A DNA stretch of 64,000 nucleotides from Candidatus Obscuribacterales bacterium (GTDB taxonomy: Bacteria; Cyanobacteriota; Vampirovibrionia; Obscuribacterales; Obscuribacteraceae). Under the pieces are notes generated by a model. It was not told the DNA's origin and did no database searches. It saw nothing but the letters and a program-made list of their open reading frames with translations. The stretch is from NCBI GenBank assembly GCA_965228855.1, contig CBDDIJ010000005.1, positions 256,001-320,000 of the forward strand. Reading direction: 5' to 3'. A program made the position numbers and the translations under genes. Shown here piece after piece: positions 31,216 through 41,625 of this stretch (the stretch's first letter is position 1; every line of letters starts with the position of its first letter).

Positions 31216-31785
31216 ATGAATCAGACAAATTTAAAAGGCGCTTTGCTCGTCGTTGGTGGCATAGTCATCGGAGTCGTTTTGACCGTGACTTGTATGAACG
31301 CGGTCGGACATTCCAACGCCGAACAGCAAGTCATGGTACCGGCTGCGAACGCGCAACCGCCAGGCGCCGTTGCGGCGGAAACTCATCACGCCATTCCCGC
31401 TCCAACGGTAAACACAATTGGGAACAAGCAGACCGCCGTTTCCCAAACACCAGTCGCACCACATGCGACACCAGTTGAGGACGATAAACATCCGCATGAC
31501 TGGATCACACCTGCAGATCTGGCGAAACAAAATACAGCGAAGGACGGCACGGCAGCGGACCCCAATAGTCCGCAATATAAATCGTCACATCAGACTTATT
31601 ACGTTTATGGCGGTGACGGGTCCATTCCGGATCACAGCGCTCTTCCAACAGCCGTATCCGGTGTTGTAAGCAACGGACAACCTATGCAGACGGTTACAGT
31701 TGAAACAAATTACGTTTACACAAATTGCGTGGACCCACCTTCGGTGACTCGCGGTCGCTATTACCGAAGACCTCCGGTTCACTAA
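31216..31785 (+). CDS. Hypothetical membrane/secreted protein
   Basis: ORF with an N-terminal hydrophobic helix fills the intergenic space. Confidence 0.6.
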   Translation: MNQTNLKGALLVVGGIVIGVVLTVTCMNAVGHSNAEQQVMVPAANAQPPGAVAAETHHAIPAPTVNTIGNKQTAVSQTPVAPHATPVEDDKHPHDWITPADLAKQNTAKDGTAADPNSPQYKSSHQTYYVYGGDGSIPDHSALPTAVSGVVSNGQPMQTVTVETNYVYTNCVDPPSVTRGRYYRRPPVH

Positions 31786-31790
31786 GAAAA

Positions 31791-32456
31791 CTATTCGAGC
31801 TTTTTCACGCCGTCGGCATGATAAGCGTGTTTCGCTTTCTTCTGAACGACCATGCCGAAGTGATTCAACTTCACCTTCGAGTCCATGTCGTGCCAGCGGG
31901 TTAGGAACTCGTCAGTCGGAATATACGTGTAATTGCCTAGAGTAGACGGGTCCATAAAGTAGACGTTTCCGTCATCGTACCCGATCGCTACTACATAGTG
32001 CCCATCGTCCCAGTCAGTTTTATAATTCACTTTGCGTTCAGGCCAAGCTTGAATCAAACAAATCACGGGCTTTCCAGCATCCAGTAATTCCTTCAGTTCA
32101 CTGACTTTCATGTCTTTGTAAACCTGGACATTATAGCCCTTCGACTCGGAGAAGCGCTTCATCTCTGCATATGCTGTGCCTTCCTGGGGATTAGCCTTCA
32201 GTAGTTTCGCAAGATCGGATTCGAGAAACTCATCCCCATAGAACATCAAAACAGACTGCAGAGCAGCCACTCCGCAGGTGTAATTCGTCGCCTGCCGCGT
32301 CATCGGAATTTTTATAATATTTGCCGGCAATCTGGCTACGCGATTTTTCTCGGCTCGCTCGACAGCCAAACTTCCGGCGCACGAACAATAAATGCTGATG
32401 CTCAATACCATCAACATGCAGAACACGAGCTTCGGTTGACTGTAACGAGGGTTCAT
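31791..32456 (-). CDS. Stand-alone C39-like cysteine peptidase with signal peptide
   Basis: QATNYTCGVAAL (Gln/Cys), GHYVV (His), MDP (Asp). Confidence 0.85.
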   Translation of the reverse strand: MNPRYSQPKLVFCMLMVLSISIYCSCAGSLAVERAEKNRVARLPANIIKIPMTRQATNYTCGVAALQSVLMFYGDEFLESDLAKLLKANPQEGTAYAEMKRFSESKGYNVQVYKDMKVSELKELLDAGKPVICLIQAWPERKVNYKTDWDDGHYVVAIGYDDGNVYFMDPSTLGNYTYIPTDEFLTRWHDMDSKVKLNHFGMVVQKKAKHAYHADGVKKLE

Positions 32457-32509
32457 TGTCGACCACCTTTACTTCAGTAGATCGACAATATTACCATTGA
32501 GGCGATTAC

Positions 32510-33580
32510 CTAGTTCGACGCAATGATTTTATTGGCGCGTTGTTTCAGTCGCTGAGCTTCGGTTTTATTACCCAGAGCAGATTCCATGGTGGCATAATTA
32601 TTCAAGGTGTTGGCAATTTCCAGGCCGTCTTTGCCCACTGAATCTTCGTAAGTTTTGATTGCGCGTCTGTACAGAGGCTCCGCTTCACTGTACTTTTTCT
32701 GCGAGTGATAGAGCACGGCGAGATTGTTTAACGCGCTTGCAAACTTCGGACTGGGCTGATTGCGCTTTTCATAAATCGCTATTGCACTCTTATATGAGGT
32801 CTCCGCATCAGCATACCTATTCCGTGCGCGATAATATTCGCCAAGGTTATTTTCAGCATTGGCGGTATCGACACTAGCTGGATCGTGAGTCTTGTATATC
32901 TCCAGAGCCCACTTCAGGAGCGGCTCGGCCTGATCGAGCTTGCCCTGAGCAAAATACAGCGAACCTAAATTCGTGCGTGCGTCACCGAGTCGTTTATCGT
33001 CTTTTCCGAGCTTCTTCTCGAAAGCAGCCATGGCGTTTTTCAATTCCGTTTCCGCCTCAGAGAACGCGCCCGCTTGAAGGTAAAGCTTGCCTAAGCTTAA
33101 TTTGCTTCGAGCTAAATCGACCGAATCGCCCGGCAAATTTTCTCTGCGAATATCTCGCCCCTGCATTAGGAGAACTTCGGCGTCCTCAAGTTGTCCCTGA
33201 TCGACAAGATTGTCACCCTGCGCCGTCAAGCTCTCTGCGAGCTTTAGAAGTCCAGGGCGCAGTTCCTTCCGACGAGCTTCAATCGATTTCTGATAGAACT
33301 CTTCGGCTTCCTCAAGCTTGTTCTGCTCCTTGAGGTTGTCACCAATCAACAGGTAGTCACGAGCGACGGCTTCGCTTTCAGCGCCGAACTTCTTAACGTC
33401 CTTGGCAAGCGCGTCTTGAAGCATCTCATCGGCCTTTTTGTAGTCGCCTTTGTCAATCGATAAACGAACATTGCTGCGGATCGAATCTGTTTGGGCGGTT
33501 GGATCACCTGTTGCACAACCGGTCATAAAACCGACGGTAAGCCCGATTGCGAGAATTCCATTTACATAGTTGTTGCTCAT
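32510..33580 (-). CDS. TPR repeat lipoprotein
   Basis: Lipobox MTGC; repeats such as ALNNLAVLYHSQKKYSEAEPLYRRA. Confidence 0.88.
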   Translation of the reverse strand: MSNNYVNGILAIGLTVGFMTGCATGDPTAQTDSIRSNVRLSIDKGDYKKADEMLQDALAKDVKKFGAESEAVARDYLLIGDNLKEQNKLEEAEEFYQKSIEARRKELRPGLLKLAESLTAQGDNLVDQGQLEDAEVLLMQGRDIRRENLPGDSVDLARSKLSLGKLYLQAGAFSEAETELKNAMAAFEKKLGKDDKRLGDARTNLGSLYFAQGKLDQAEPLLKWALEIYKTHDPASVDTANAENNLGEYYRARNRYADAETSYKSAIAIYEKRNQPSPKFASALNNLAVLYHSQKKYSEAEPLYRRAIKTYEDSVGKDGLEIANTLNNYATMESALGNKTEAQRLKQRANKIIASN

Positions 33581-33842
33581 ATCCCGAATCCTTCTTATTG
33601 TGCCTCAAGCCGTGTTTGAAATCGGCGTCACCACCTTCCATATATTTGGCATACCTTTCAACGGTCAATGCTAATAAGCCTATTGACCCGGCTGAATGGT
33701 AAATGTGCCCGAACCGACATAATCTGCACATCGGAATTAAAACGGAACTGGGAACCAATAAATTGACTCGTCGTCGGAAAGCTAATCTGCGTCTTATTCA
33801 GGAATCGCACAGTGGCTGTGCTCCGAGACAGAGGGTGGACTT

Positions 33843-34397
33843 ATGAATTCAGGAAAGAAATTTTTGGCAGTCGCTGTCACGGCGATTATGGCTAATTCCG
33901 CCGTGCTTCCGGCTTTCAGTCAGGCGACAACCCTGACTGGTTCGATTAATCAGAATGTGGTGCCGGTCCAAAGCATGCAAGCCCAACGTGCCTCGATTGA
34001 CTATAATCGCCCGCGTCCCGTTGTAGTAAATCGCCCTGTGTATAGAACATATGCGGTGCAAGATCGAAGGACCTACTTCCAACGTCATCCCAAAGTTAAG
34101 TCCGCTGTTGTGGGCGGAGCTGTGGGCGCCGGAGGCGGCGCGGTGGCAGGTTTGATATCAGGGCGAGGTGTGCTTCGAGGGGCGGCTATCGGAGCTGGCA
34201 CCGGCGCTGGTGTCGGACTTATTCGATCAAGCAGAACGATGAAACGACATCCACTGGCTAAAGATCTGGCGACTGGCGCCGCCGTTGGTTTCGGGCTGGG
34301 AGCGGCCTCGAGCAGACGTGGAAGCACAATGGTTAAATCAGCAGCGATTGGCACCGCAATTGGTGGCGGCTACCACTTCCTCAAGAAGATGTTTTAA
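33843..34397 (+). CDS. Secreted glycine-zipper (YMGG-like) protein
   Basis: Signal peptide; two HP..K..GAAVG/GAAIG glycine-zipper units. Confidence 0.7.
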   Translation: MNSGKKFLAVAVTAIMANSAVLPAFSQATTLTGSINQNVVPVQSMQAQRASIDYNRPRPVVVNRPVYRTYAVQDRRTYFQRHPKVKSAVVGGAVGAGGGAVAGLISGRGVLRGAAIGAGTGAGVGLIRSSRTMKRHPLAKDLATGAAVGFGLGAASSRRGSTMVKSAAIGTAIGGGYHFLKKMF

Positions 34398-34439
34398 ACA
34401 CGAAGCATTTATCCGCCCATACTTAGAGACTGCAGGAGG

Positions 34440-37400
34440 TCATGAGATCACCTGCAGTCTTGATACGCCGGACTCTTTCTGCACATAAATCTGAACCGGA
34501 AACATCTCGCGCACATCCGCGATGTGCGTGATTACAAGGATTTTGCGAAAGTCGGACTGGATAGACTTGATCGATGAAACCAAGCGCTCACGACTTGAAT
34601 CGTCTTGAGAACCAAAACCCTCATCGATGACCAATGTTTCCAATCGAGCACCGGCGCGCCGGGCCAGCAGTCTGGACAGGGCGATCCGGATCGCGAAGTT
34701 GACCTTGAATGCCTCACCGCCACTGAAGAGCTCATAATTACGTGTTCCAACTTCATCGCCGATCAAGATGTCCAGCGTTTCGGCAAGCGTCCCCGACTTT
34801 GTTTTTTGCTGCGTGACCAAACCGATATGCATTTTGTTGTCACTGAGGCGAGCTAGAATTCTGTTCGCTTCTGTTTCAATTTCGGGAACCGCGTTCTCGA
34901 TGATAACTGCCTGAATGCCTTTCTTTCCGAACGATTCTGCCAGAAACAGGTGGTCCTCGCGCTCGTCAGTCAGTTCAACCAGTTCCTTTTTCTTTTCCGC
35001 CAGAGCCTCAAGTTCCTTTTCAACCTGGTGCTTTCGGCTTTCCAGAATCGCAACTTCGCGCGCCAATGCTCGATGCTCTTCTCGAAGGCGGTCTAGCTGT
35101 TCCTGGATTTGCTCCAGGTGAAACTGCTTTTCATTGAGTTCGCGGGTTTGGTCCTGCAGCTGTTTGAGCTCCTGCTCAAGCTCCGGAATTTTGGCTAGTT
35201 TAAGTTCCAACATACCGCGAACTTTCGACAACGACTCTTCAATCGCAGGCAAATCTTCGAGAGCCTTCTTCAAGTCACGGACCTGTTCAATAAAAGGCAA
35301 CAGCGCAATCAATTCCGTTTTCATCAGTTGATGATGATCTCGGTCGTAGTTGAGCGAGTCGATACGTTCTTTGAGCGCTTTCAATTCGGTTCGTTGTTCC
35401 TCGCCGTAAGACTCAGACTCTAGTTCCTCGATGCACCGACGTTCCTTTTCGAGGGCAAGCGGCAACTCGACCTCAAGCTTCTGAAGCTCAGCCTGGTCCC
35501 GCTTAAGCTGGATGTGCCGAGCTTCGATGTGTCTTTTGGCCCGAATCTGAGACTGCAGACTGGCATAAACAGCCGGATCGAATTCTAGTTTATGTATCTC
35601 GGTTTTGACATTTATCAAGCTCTCGCGTTCAATCTGTGCAAAGTCCATATCGTCGAGACGGCGACCCAAAGTGAGAATATCGGTTATTACCCGAGCGCGT
35701 GAATCACGAGCGCGCGCCATCGTCTCTTCTTTCTCGTTAAACTGGCCTATCCGTTTATCAAGCTCCTTTCGGCGACCAAGCTCTCTTTTCAATCGTGCAT
35801 AACGCAGACGCAGTTCGTTACGCTCCTCTTCAAGCTCTCCTCTGAGTTTCAGTTGGCTCAAAATATCGTCATCAAGGGCTTCATTGTCTGTGTGATAGCG
35901 ACTTATTACGGCGCTGCGATCGACGATTGGTGCCGCGCACAACGGACAGATGCTCTCATGACTGTGTTCGGTAAGTTCTCGAACCTTCTCTCGATTTTCA
36001 TCCTGCCGACGCTTTATTTCGTCGATACGAGCGTCGACGCCCTCGAGTTCGGACTTGAGCATCAATCCTTTATCCTCGACGAGATCGAACTCTGATTCTA
36101 CTCGCTCAAGTTCCTTCACATCGGCCTCGAGCGCCTGCTTTTGCTCAGCGATCAAACTTTCCGCAGCGAGAACTGAATCAAGCTCGGACAATGTCAGTTC
36201 CTTTTGGCCAAGCTCAACTTCCAGTTTGATCTTTGATTCATTAATCATCGACTGAAGCTGCGCCGCGCGTTCCGTCAGTCGAGTAAACATATCCTGCTTT
36301 AACGCTAGTTCCGATTCACTCTGCAAAAGTCTTTTGAACTCCGCGTATGACTCCTGAATTTTGTCACTATCCTTAGTGTCATATTTCAGTGCGTCGAGCT
36401 TAACCCGACAGCTTTCCGAAGACGCTTTCAAATGATCGAGTTCTACTTCCAAGCGGCTTCTTAAGCTAGCCAAGCCTGTCTGCAGCTTGAGTTTATCCTC
36501 GACCAGATCTTGAGCTTGCAAAGCTTTCTGATCGAGAATCTCAATGTCGTTTTTCAATCGGTCCAGTTCTTCCGATTTCTGTTTAATCTCGGACGAGCGC
36601 TCGACCAGATCAGTTAGTTCTTTGCTTCGCCGCTCCAGTTCAAGCTTTTGAACAGTCAGGTTCGTAACGTCGGAGTTCAGCTCTATAAGTTGTGCAGAAT
36701 CATGCTCGATTTTCTGCCTCATCAGCTTTAATTGCTGAACAGACTCTGACAGCATCCCGACACTCGTTTCAAGCTGCTTCAACTGCTGGTCCTTGCTCAC
36801 GAACTCATTAGTGCGCAACTCGTGTTCCGCAGAAACTAGATCACGCTCCGCCTGTAACTGCGGGAGAGTAAGAAGACTGGATTCAATAATATCCATTCTG
36901 GTTTTGGCATCCCGAGCTCTCAGACGACAAGCCTCTTGAAGGCGGTCGAAGTATGCAAGACCGAGTATCTCGGATAGAACGTGCTTTCGCTCCGACGGCG
37001 GGCGGGTCGTAAATTCGTCTGCGCGTCCCTGGCGCAGATAAACGCTATTCACAAACGTGTCGTAATCCATGCGCAGTAAGTCGCAAATCGATTGCTGAGT
37101 AACTCGCATACTGGGTCCGGTCAGGCTGCGCCAACGCCCGAGGTGCTCGCCGTCGCTTTCCTCAAGTGATGGGTGTGATGTGATAGCATTGCCTGCCGTA
37201 CCAGACTGTCCTCGGCCGTTTCCGCTTAACGAAGTACCACCGATGGTGCTTTCTGAAGAACCGCGTACCATTGCTCCTACAGGCGCACTCTCGCGACCAT
37301 CGCTATCTGCCATTCCTGTCTTCACGCGCTCTGAAACAGGCGATAATAATTGCAAATCAAGCAAGCCCCTGGACGTTCCACGCATTCCACCTTTGGTTGC

Positions 37401-37667
37401 GCGTTTCAATCGAGAACGTCGAACTCTATACGTGCGACCTTCGTATTCAAATACGAGATCGACCCACATCTCTTTCTCGCCCAGTCGAATAAGTTCATCA
37501 GACGACGAGCGACCTTCTTCCCAGAGGGCCCATGTTATTGCATCGAGCAAAGCTGACTTACCCGAACCGTTTTGACCGGACAAACATGCAACCGTAACTG
37601 AGCTAAGGTCCACGCTCACATCGGCGTAGCTCATAAAATTATGCAAAGTCAGGGTTTTGATGATCAC
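34440..37667 (-). CDS. sbcC: SbcC/Rad50 SMC-family ATPase
   Basis: Walker A GQNGSGKS, YLRQG Q-loop, coiled coils with CPLC zinc hook, FSGGE, LVIDEGFGSQD, ITH. Confidence 0.93.
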   Translation of the reverse strand: MIIKTLTLHNFMSYADVSVDLSSVTVACLSGQNGSGKSALLDAITWALWEEGRSSSDELIRLGEKEMWVDLVFEYEGRTYRVRRSRLKRATKGGMRGTSRGLLDLQLLSPVSERVKTGMADSDGRESAPVGAMVRGSSESTIGGTSLSGNGRGQSGTAGNAITSHPSLEESDGEHLGRWRSLTGPSMRVTQQSICDLLRMDYDTFVNSVYLRQGRADEFTTRPPSERKHVLSEILGLAYFDRLQEACRLRARDAKTRMDIIESSLLTLPQLQAERDLVSAEHELRTNEFVSKDQQLKQLETSVGMLSESVQQLKLMRQKIEHDSAQLIELNSDVTNLTVQKLELERRSKELTDLVERSSEIKQKSEELDRLKNDIEILDQKALQAQDLVEDKLKLQTGLASLRSRLEVELDHLKASSESCRVKLDALKYDTKDSDKIQESYAEFKRLLQSESELALKQDMFTRLTERAAQLQSMINESKIKLEVELGQKELTLSELDSVLAAESLIAEQKQALEADVKELERVESEFDLVEDKGLMLKSELEGVDARIDEIKRRQDENREKVRELTEHSHESICPLCAAPIVDRSAVISRYHTDNEALDDDILSQLKLRGELEEERNELRLRYARLKRELGRRKELDKRIGQFNEKEETMARARDSRARVITDILTLGRRLDDMDFAQIERESLINVKTEIHKLEFDPAVYASLQSQIRAKRHIEARHIQLKRDQAELQKLEVELPLALEKERRCIEELESESYGEEQRTELKALKERIDSLNYDRDHHQLMKTELIALLPFIEQVRDLKKALEDLPAIEESLSKVRGMLELKLAKIPELEQELKQLQDQTRELNEKQFHLEQIQEQLDRLREEHRALAREVAILESRKHQVEKELEALAEKKKELVELTDEREDHLFLAESFGKKGIQAVIIENAVPEIETEANRILARLSDNKMHIGLVTQQKTKSGTLAETLDILIGDEVGTRNYELFSGGEAFKVNFAIRIALSRLLARRAGARLETLVIDEGFGSQDDSSRERLVSSIKSIQSDFRKILVITHIADVREMFPVQIYVQKESGVSRLQVIS

Positions 37668-37939
37668 GCAGCTTAACCTGGTCGAATGCGTGAGACTAAA
37701 TCAGAAGGTCGATATATCCAATCGATAGCCTTCTACTTCATGACATAATGGGTTCAACTTCCAAAGTAGCACAAACCGGACACCAATAGCATATAGCCCG
37801 TTCGGATCCGCATTTCGCAAAGATGTTGAATTAAGCAAGACTAGTCGAATTAATCGAATCGCTCAAATAGGCATTTAACAACGAAAGGACAAGAGCTCTG
37901 CCGTCAAATAACAACGAAAAAATACCAGGTCAGACACCA

Positions 37940-40900
37940 GTGGGGCTAACTGCAAATCTGCTATGGCTTGTTGGAGCGGCGTTCTCCATCTCGGGTTTTG
38001 CCGCCCTCACTTACGAAATCGTTTGGCAAAGAGTGCTTGTCCGCGTCATCGGAGCGACAACACCGGCAAGTTCAGTCATTATCTGCGCATTCATGGGTGG
38101 ACTAGGAATCGGAGCCCTTCTTGGAGCGAAATTCGCACAGAGAAAAAACTTTCTGCGCCAACTGGCAATCATTGAAGTCTTGATTTTCGTCTGCGCGATC
38201 ATATCAAGTAAACTGTGTTCCACAGACGTATTACAGCAACTAATTCGTTTTTTAAACAGCACCATTGGCGATGGCAACCCGAACGCCGCCATCGGCTTCG
38301 TTCTAGTATTTCTTCTTGTGCTTGTACCAACATCGCTAATGGGCGCAACATTCCCGATTATCGCGGACTTCGCGGCGCAGTACGACTGGAAGGGTTCCGG
38401 AACACTGCTGAAGCTCTACGCAATCAATTCGACCGGCGCCGTATTTGGTGCGTTCGTATCCGGTTTTCTCCTCATGCCGGCGTCAGGTATCGAGAAAACA
38501 CTCCTGGCGACAGGTTGCTGCAACCTTGTATCAGCAATTCTCTGCCTTATCGCGTCCAGAGTGGTTGTTCAGAACAATGTTTCCACTTCCCTAAGTTTGA
38601 AGGAGGAAGCCGAAGCAGGATTGGGAACGGCAAAAGCGGAAGTGGAAGCGGAATCTGATTGCATTCAGGCACCAACCAGGTCAGTTCCCGATCCTTTGAT
38701 GTTTCTGACGCTCCTTGTGTTTGCCACCGGCGCGATGTCGTTTGCCATGGAAATCGTCTGGACACGATTTCTCGTCATGATAATCGGTTCCTCAACTTAC
38801 GCGCTAAGCCTCATGCTCACTGTGTTTATATCTGGGCTCGCCAGTGGTGCCTGGGTCGCGGAAAAGATTGGAGAAAAAACAGTGAACATGCTGGGCAGCA
38901 TTGCAATCATGCTCGCCATGGCGTCAGGCGCAGTGACACTCAACCTCTATCAATATCAAGTAACGCCGTCAACTTATTTGACCATGAAAAAGGTGACCAG
39001 CACTATAGGTCCAAGCTTCTGGAATGAAACAATTTCGATGCTCTTGCTGGCTGTTTTCTTAATCTTCCTGGCAGCGACCGTAATCGGCACGATTTTCCCG
39101 CTCGCTCTGGGAGCAGTGCGAGGAAACAATCAGAAGAGTGATAACAAGCGCGTATCGCTGCTCTACTGCTCGAACATTGCCGGCTCGATGCTGGGCTCCT
39201 TCGGTTGTGGTGTCATCCTCTTGCCGGTGATGTCGGATCTGTTCATAAGCGCGATCGAGCAGACGACTTTCCTGGTGTCTGCAGGCTTCATATTTGTTTC
39301 CATGGTTACTCTTCTTATTACACCAAAGACAATTACCTTGCGTTTAGACAAAACCCCTTCGCGTTTCAGCGTCGAGTTGAAGCGAGTAGCATTGCTCTGT
39401 GCAGCCAGCATGCTCGCACTTTCATTGCACCCTCAGTGGGATTCGATTTTACTTTCCAGCGGACTGTCGTACGTTTCCGAACAAGACGCGAAGACGCTCC
39501 CGGTACAGGATCTGATCGACGCTCTCAGTTTCAATACTAAGTTGACTTCGGGACAAAGCCTTCTAATGTACAAGGAAGGGACCAACAGCACTATTTCGGT
39601 GATTTCAAACCCAAACGCAAATCTGGTTTCGCTGCGCAGCAATGGAAAGGTCGAAGCCGCGATGCCCTTGACCAGACAATTACCGGCACCTGATAGTGAT
39701 TTGCCCACACAAAAGTTGCTCGGTCTGTTGCCGGCAATTATGTGTTCCGCGCCACAAGAATTGAATGGTCTGGTAATCGGCTATGGTACAGGCACCACCT
39801 GCAGTACCATCATGACGGCACCATGGGTGGAAGCGGTCACCGCAGTCGAGCTCGAGAAGGCTATCTGGAACGCTCGTCAGTACTTTCAGGGACACACGAA
39901 CCATGATGATGAATCGAAGCTTCGCAAGGTCACAGGCGATGCTCGGAATTATCTATTGCTAAGCGAAGACACCTATGATTTCATCGTTTCACAGCCAGCC
40001 GAGCCGTGGCTGAGCGGAGCGTCAGATCTGTTCACCGTCGAATTTTATCAATTAGCAAAATCGCGATTGAGGAACACCGGTATGTTCTGCCAGTGGATAC
40101 CTCTCTACTCGCTGACAGCCAATCAACTGAATTGTTTGCTTAATACGTTCGATTCGGTTTTTCCAAACGTTAAAGTTTGGCACTCCAGTCGAGCCGGAGA
40201 GTTGATTGTGACAGGACAAATCGCTGACGGAGCCGATTCAGAGGAGATTAAAACTAGATTTGCTAGCCCGGAAATGTTTAAACAGTTTCAACAGATTGGT
40301 CTAGAAAGCGAAGTCGAATTGAACACGAATCGCATAACATATCCGCCTCAGGTTTCCGACCCGTTGCTGACCACCGAGCTGAACACCGATGACAACATAT
40401 TGATTGAAGGCATCCTGGCGCGTCCGATGTATGAGCATAAAGACGATATCGAAAGCGTACTTGAGAGAGTTTTTGGAAAACCGGTAGCGTGCATGCTCGA
40501 GTTTCAAGACACGAGCAGCTTAGAAAGGATTGAGCAGCTCCTTGCGCACACCCGCCGGGCGACGGCATCTACGATTCTCCCTACTGATTCTTACTATCTG
40601 GCGGCGCTAGGTGAAAACATGATTCGCAACGACATTCACGATGAAGTCCAGAGGAGATTGGATGCACTCGAGATTGACGCCCGGACGAAAACGCTGGCGC
40701 AACTCAGAATTTCACTGCACACGGGAAAACTGGCGGAGGCGCGGCGCTTACTTCCTTTGATAGATGTGAAAAACTTGAGCACATATGCTGAACTCTGTGA
40801 TGTCGCGAGCGTTTTGTATCTAGCCAGGAGCTACGAGGACGCGCTGCTTGCGTTTGCTCGTGCAGAGGAATTGAAACCGCTCGGTGCTCGAGCTCTGGCA

Positions 40901-41362
40901 GGCAGAGGTTTATACTACTGGCAGAAGAAGGACTGGGTGAGGGCGATTGAGCCCTTGCGGAAGTCATTGCGCATCGACCCGAACCAGTTTCTTGCACGCT
41001 ACGCGCTGGGTCAATCGCTTTACCAGTCGGGGCGAAAATCGGAGTCTCTGACGCAGCTTCGTGCTGCAGGCATCATCAATCCCAACTCCAGCTTACCGGG
41101 ATTGTTCGTGACGGCGGCATATCTAAAAGACAAAGACCTTGAACTTGCGACCGCCAACCAGCACCTAATTATGAGAAAAAAACCGCTCGCGCCCGACGCA
41201 ATCGCGCTCGGCATCGTGGTTGACGCACTCGACGGTCGAGGAGATCTCAGTGAAAATCTGCGCAAGCGCTACAGAGAAATCACTACCCGTGATATCACAG
41301 TCACTGATGCACGCAAATTAGTCGACACGATTCTCTCAGAACCCTACGTTCTTTCGAACTGA
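37940..41362 (+). CDS. Membrane-fused spermidine-synthase-like protein with C-terminal TPRs
   Basis: SGFAALTYEIVWQR and about 13 TM helices; VIGYGTGTT, VELE, GDARNYL, LFTVEFY, FCQWIPLY; TPRs (LRIDPNQFLARYALG). Confidence 0.85.
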   Translation: MGLTANLLWLVGAAFSISGFAALTYEIVWQRVLVRVIGATTPASSVIICAFMGGLGIGALLGAKFAQRKNFLRQLAIIEVLIFVCAIISSKLCSTDVLQQLIRFLNSTIGDGNPNAAIGFVLVFLLVLVPTSLMGATFPIIADFAAQYDWKGSGTLLKLYAINSTGAVFGAFVSGFLLMPASGIEKTLLATGCCNLVSAILCLIASRVVVQNNVSTSLSLKEEAEAGLGTAKAEVEAESDCIQAPTRSVPDPLMFLTLLVFATGAMSFAMEIVWTRFLVMIIGSSTYALSLMLTVFISGLASGAWVAEKIGEKTVNMLGSIAIMLAMASGAVTLNLYQYQVTPSTYLTMKKVTSTIGPSFWNETISMLLLAVFLIFLAATVIGTIFPLALGAVRGNNQKSDNKRVSLLYCSNIAGSMLGSFGCGVILLPVMSDLFISAIEQTTFLVSAGFIFVSMVTLLITPKTITLRLDKTPSRFSVELKRVALLCAASMLALSLHPQWDSILLSSGLSYVSEQDAKTLPVQDLIDALSFNTKLTSGQSLLMYKEGTNSTISVISNPNANLVSLRSNGKVEAAMPLTRQLPAPDSDLPTQKLLGLLPAIMCSAPQELNGLVIGYGTGTTCSTIMTAPWVEAVTAVELEKAIWNARQYFQGHTNHDDESKLRKVTGDARNYLLLSEDTYDFIVSQPAEPWLSGASDLFTVEFYQLAKSRLRNTGMFCQWIPLYSLTANQLNCLLNTFDSVFPNVKVWHSSRAGELIVTGQIADGADSEEIKTRFASPEMFKQFQQIGLESEVELNTNRITYPPQVSDPLLTTELNTDDNILIEGILARPMYEHKDDIESVLERVFGKPVACMLEFQDTSSLERIEQLLAHTRRATASTILPTDSYYLAALGENMIRNDIHDEVQRRLDALEIDARTKTLAQLRISLHTGKLAEARRLLPLIDVKNLSTYAELCDVASVLYLARSYEDALLAFARAEELKPLGARALAGRGLYYWQKKDWVRAIEPLRKSLRIDPNQFLARYALGQSLYQSGRKSESLTQLRAAGIINPNSSLPGLFVTAAYLKDKDLELATANQHLIMRKKPLAPDAIALGIVVDALDGRGDLSENLRKRYREITTRDITVTDARKLVDTILSEPYVLSN

Positions 41363-41625
41363 AGCGTGGATAGTCAAGCACTTCTTCAGACCTTCACCAC
41401 AACGGCTACCGGACGCTAGCCCCGGTTCTCAAGACCACGACTATGGTTTTCCCTATAGCGTAAGTTTGATGAAGCATTCAAGAAGCTGATGACAGGCTGT
41501 CCTGATTAACAATTCTGTGAAAACGGTTTCCTCACAGATCAAATTAGTGGACTAAAAAATCTCCACAACGAGACAAACTGTGTAAAAATCCTAGGTGAGT
41601 AAAGAATCCATCGACGCGGCCGAAC

